A DNA stretch of 64,000 bases, taken from contig OZ025667.1 of the NCBI GenBank assembly GCA_964019335.1, forward strand, positions 1-64,000, written 5' to 3'. The first letter of the stretch is position 1; every line of letters starts with the position of its first letter. Shown here piece by piece: positions 60,124 to 64,000 of the stretch. This stretch comes from Diplonema japonicum. Its lineage: Eukaryota; Protista; Euglenozoa: Diplonemea. The position numbers and the translations under genes were made by a program. The notes beneath the pieces are model-generated. The model searched no databases. It was not told the origin of the DNA and saw nothing but the letters and a program-made list of their open reading frames with translations.

Positions 60124-60587
60124 CAGCGTTGCGCTTTTATCTCTACATCAGCAAAGCTAGAAAGGGAAGAAAAAAGAACTCCCCAATGGGGAAAGAATCC
60201 CTTTTAAAGAGAAAATCCTCAAAATAGAGCAAAAGGGGATCAAGGCCACCCCTTCGCTCACTCTGCCTTTTTTTTCTATTCTGTCTTTTTTTTTTTTAAA
60301 ACAGGTTAATTTTTTTTTCCCCCCACCTTTTCCCTTTTTTTTTTTACTTTTTTTTTCTTTCTTCCTTACCTTTGGTTACTTATAATTATAAAAAAAATTC
60401 TTTTTTTTATTTTTTTTTTATTTTTTCATCTTTTTTTTTTTTTTTAATATTTTGTTCCCCTCTTTTTTTTTTTTTTTTTTTTTTTTATTTTTTTTTTACA
60501 ACACAAAATAAAAAAGGAATCAATTCCCCCCCCCTCCCACCAACCCACACCCAACCCAAAAAAAAAAAATTCTTTTTAAAAAAGAAA

Positions 60588-61826
60588 ATGGAAAACGAAT
60601 TGAAAAGAGCGAGCGAGAACTCCGACGAAGCATGGCTGCCCCTCAGCAGCTGGAGCCATGAGGGCAGCATCGACGACCTTCACGACTCTGCACACATTAT
60701 AGTAGACAAAGGATTCGCAATGGACTGCGGGGGCAGCAGGGTAAAAATCGTTTGTTTTCACAGAGATGGACTGATGGAGTCTCTCCCTGGCTACGTGGTA
60801 GTTGAAAGAGGACCAACCGTCCCTCTACGAGAGGAGCACCACCAAGGCTTACTGAGATACGTAACCCTCCCCACGAAAAAACTTCCGGACTGGATACAAT
60901 TCTGCAGAAAACACAGCTTAATGGAAAAATTTTCGAAAAACGGCGAAATAGGCGAAATATCAGCAACAGGCGGGGGTGCGTGGAAATATTCTCCAGAGAT
61001 CCTCCGGTGCCTCAACATAAAGATTAATCCATTACCCGAAATGCAAACCCTTGTAGACGGTTTGGACCTCATTTTGAACCACCCTACAAAAGATGAAATT
61101 TTCGAATTCGACTTATCGACGAAATCCAAGGTTCATGTTTCAGAACCAGTAACGTATCCATACATGGTGGTCTCAATTGGAAGCGGTGTGTCGATCATCA
61201 AGGTCACGGCTCCAGGAGAATGGGAACGCGTTTCAGGATCGTGCATTGGTGGCGGGACGTATTGGGGCCTGTCAAAACTTCTCACAAATGTGAAATCATG
61301 GGACGAGCTGGAACATCTTCGCCAAGTTGAAAACTCAGTTGGAAATAATCAAGAGGTCGATTTACTTGTTGGTGATATCTACGGCGGAAGAGGACTATCT
61401 ATATTAGGATTGAAAAGCGAAGTTATCGCGTCAAGCTTTGGAAAATGCGGAGTTTACGAGGAATCTTCCGATCAAACTGAACTTCATACCGATCGCGAAC
61501 TCCGCCCGAAAAAAAAATTTCGCAAGACACGGCCCGTGGGAACCGCCTCCAAACCCAGCCAGAAATTTGCCGCTGCCGATTTGCACAGATCTCTTCTTCT
61601 TATGATTGCCAACAACATCGGGCAGATCTCCTACCTCAATGCTAAGATGCAAGATGTCGACAAGATTTTCTTCACCGGCGGATTCACCCACAACAACCCT
61701 TATATTTGGTCGAAGCTGTCGTATGCAATTTCTTTCTGGTCGAAGGACACTATGAAGCCGCGGTTCTTGACGCACGATGGGTATCTTGGTGCGTTAGGAG
61801 CGCTGCTTCATTCGAGAAAAAATTGA
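60588..61826 (+). CDS. PANK: Type II pantothenate kinase (Fumble family)
   Basis: AMDCGGSRVK, ATGGGAWKY, EMQTLVDG, YPYMVVSIGSGVSI, RVSGSCIGGGTYWGL, VDLLVGDIYG, ASSFGK, HDGYLGALGA. Confidence 0.95.
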   Translation: MENELKRASENSDEAWLPLSSWSHEGSIDDLHDSAHIIVDKGFAMDCGGSRVKIVCFHRDGLMESLPGYVVVERGPTVPLREEHHQGLLRYVTLPTKKLPDWIQFCRKHSLMEKFSKNGEIGEISATGGGAWKYSPEILRCLNIKINPLPEMQTLVDGLDLILNHPTKDEIFEFDLSTKSKVHVSEPVTYPYMVVSIGSGVSIIKVTAPGEWERVSGSCIGGGTYWGLSKLLTNVKSWDELEHLRQVENSVGNNQEVDLLVGDIYGGRGLSILGLKSEVIASSFGKCGVYEESSDQTELHTDRELRPKKKFRKTRPVGTASKPSQKFAAADLHRSLLLMIANNIGQISYLNAKMQDVDKIFFTGGFTHNNPYIWSKLSYAISFWSKDTMKPRFLTHDGYLGALGALLHSRKN

Positions 61827-62111
61827 AGGTGAGAAGGGGGGAAAAAAAAAAAATACACAATTGTTTAAACATTTATAGCATCACCCCCCCCCCCCCCCCC
61901 ATATCTTTTCCAAAAAAAAAAGATTTCTTGTTTTTTTTTTTGATTTGAAGAAGAAAAAAAAATAGCCGAGGGGGGGAAAAAAAAGTTCTTCCCTCGTTTT
62001 TTTTTCAGTAAAGGTGGTACACAAATTTGTGGGGGGGGGGGGGGTGCTTGGAAATTTCACAACAAAAAATAAAAGCTCCATTGAGGGGCGTGGGTGTGAT
62101 TTTTTTTTTTT

Positions 62112-62188
62112 GTTGCAAGGCAGCCACCAACAGTGGCCTCGTGTTCAGGCGTCCTGTCACATACCGCAGGTACCCTTAAATGTCTTTT
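62112..62188 (+). repeat. Short interspersed repeat 3' end (hairpin plus T-tail), family 2, longer copy
   Basis: Matches 24713-24757; sits between T-tracts. Confidence 0.85.
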
Positions 62189-62532
62189 TTTTTTCTTTTT
62201 TTTTTTTTTTTTTTTTTTTTCTCTACCGGCCCATATCCCCATTTTTTTGCCTATCGGTTTTGAAGAAAAAAAGAAAATGTACATCACCATTGTGTTTACC
62301 TACACAAAGGTGAGTAGGAATTTTAAAAAAAAAATAAGTATTGGCAACAACAGGGTATATGCGGCCCCCCCCCCTCTTTTTTATTTAAAACCCTATGAAA
62401 GAACAAGAAGTTGAGTAGAAAGAAAATGAGATTTTCACTCCCCCAATTTTTCGCCGAGTTCTGTTACTTCTTTTTTTTTTGTGTGCAAAAACATGTAGTG
62501 ACGATTGGGGCCAGCTACTTCTTTTTTTTTCC

Positions 62533-62564
<32 letters not shown>

Positions 62565-63102
62565 CTTTTTTTTGTAATTATCAACGAGAAAATATTGTAG
62601 GGCTAAATCGTTATCATTTCTTTTTCTCCCCCATACGAAAGAAAAAAAAGAAAAGAAAGGAAAAACATTTTAACCACTTCCCTCCTTGTTCCTAACCTCT
62701 TTTTTTCCTCTTAACTGGATGGTGATTTAAGATTTAAAAAAAAAAAGAACTCGTGAATATGGGGGGTATCTCAACATAAGGAAACACTTTTCTGTTCCGA
62801 AGAAAAGAAGAAAATAACCCGGGTGAGGAAAGAAGAAAAAGAAAAGAGAAAGAAAAAAAAAAAAAAAAAAAAAAACACAGAGAAATAAAGTTAATTGCAT
62901 ACCGCGACCTGTTTGGCATTTTACGTCCGCCCCTCTTCCACAAATAAAAAAAGAGGAAAAAAAAGATTAAAGTGAGAAGGGGGGATGGTGTTGTACATGT
63001 TTACCAGAGTTTGTAAGTGGATGTAAGTTACTTTGTGTGTGCTTTTTTTTTTTTTTTTTTTTTTTTTTTCTCTCGCCCCTCCTCCTCCCCTTAACTGAAA
63101 CG

Positions 63103-63133
<31 letters not shown>

Positions 63134-64000
63134 CTTCGAACACAAGAAATCTATACATATTGGTAGGGAAGGGAAAAAAAAAAAAAAAGTGCTCCCAGAG
63201 AATAGTGTTACGGGGCGGAGTCGGAAAAGCAAACAGCAGGAAGTAGGCGGGGAGGGGGGAAAAAAAAAGAAAAAGAAAATATAGCTCGTCCGGAAAGGCT
63301 GAGGGGGGGTATGCAAAACAAGAAGATTCTGGACTCCAAAAATAGTGTGGAGATTTTTTTTTCCCCGAACGAGCTCTATATTTTCTTTTTTTTTTTCCCC
63401 CTTCTTTTTTTGTTCAAATTGCGTGGTAGTTGCTTCCAAGGTGGTTGCTTTCCCCCGTTCTCACCCCAAGAGAGACAAGAGAAGAAGAAAAAAAACTCTT
63501 TTTTTTATTTTTTTTTTTTAGTCTTCCCTCTGGAAATGAGCGGGAAAAAAAAAAAAAAAAGAAGAAGAAGAAAAAAAAAGAAAAAAAAGGGAAACCCTGT
63601 TCCCTCTCCGTGATAGTGTGTATCAGTAAAAAAAAAAAAGAAAAAAAAAAAAAAAAAAAAAAGAATAAAAATAATAAAGAAATGGAAGGTGCCGTGCCCT
63701 TCATTTTCAGGAAGAAAAAAAAAAGAATGCCGTTGCCTTGTGAAAATCTTTTTCGTCCCTTCGATCGCCTATCCGTCCTTTTTTTACCTTCGTACCCCCG
63801 TGAACCCGAAGGGGAGACCCACAGGAGAGCAAAAGAAAAACGAGCCTTTTCTTTTCTTTTTCTTAAAGATAAAGACTCACAACTTTTTTTCCTCTCGCCG
63901 CCGCCCTCCCCCAAAAAAAATTGTTCTTTCCCCACTTTTCTGTTATGTGTTCTTCTTTTTTTTTCCCTTCATTTTTTTTTCTTTCCATTCTGTCTATTCG

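Noticed and set aside
1-64000. tRNA, rRNA, snoRNA or CRISPR arrays
   Set aside because: No convincing cloverleaf, rRNA signature, paired C/D boxes or regular repeat-spacer array seen by eye; a covariance-model search would be needed.

Overview
Eukaryotic nuclear DNA, most likely a euglenozoan (diplonemid-like). All 21 credible protein-coding genes lie head-to-tail on the + strand across 64 kb, with spacers as short as 127-135 nt, which suggests a polycistronic, trans-spliced unit. Hsp10 is kinetoplastid-like and a VP39-type cap 2'-O-methyltransferase is present. Unlike trypanosomatids, ten genes are split by 19 inferred tiny GTRT-AG introns (mostly 31-59 nt) that cluster toward gene 3' ends. 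Recognisable genes: SASA acetylesterase (partial), NF-X1, Hsp10, a WWE protein, VP39-like methyltransferase, GT61, two tandem P450s, ankyrin-pseudo-DHHC, P/U-type cyclin, P4-ATPase, P450 reductase, a kelch/EF-hand/2TM protein, a Cys-rich secreted protein, a bacterial-type Ig/cadherin adhesin, a protein with six DPxRH repeats and type II pantothenate kinase. Non-coding DNA is saturated with A/T/G/C homopolymers. It also carries sense-oriented retroposon-like 3' ends with a stem-loop followed by poly(T), a MITE-like element, and an 11 kb gene-free stretch after the cyclin. All family calls come from motif recognition by eye; no searches were run.
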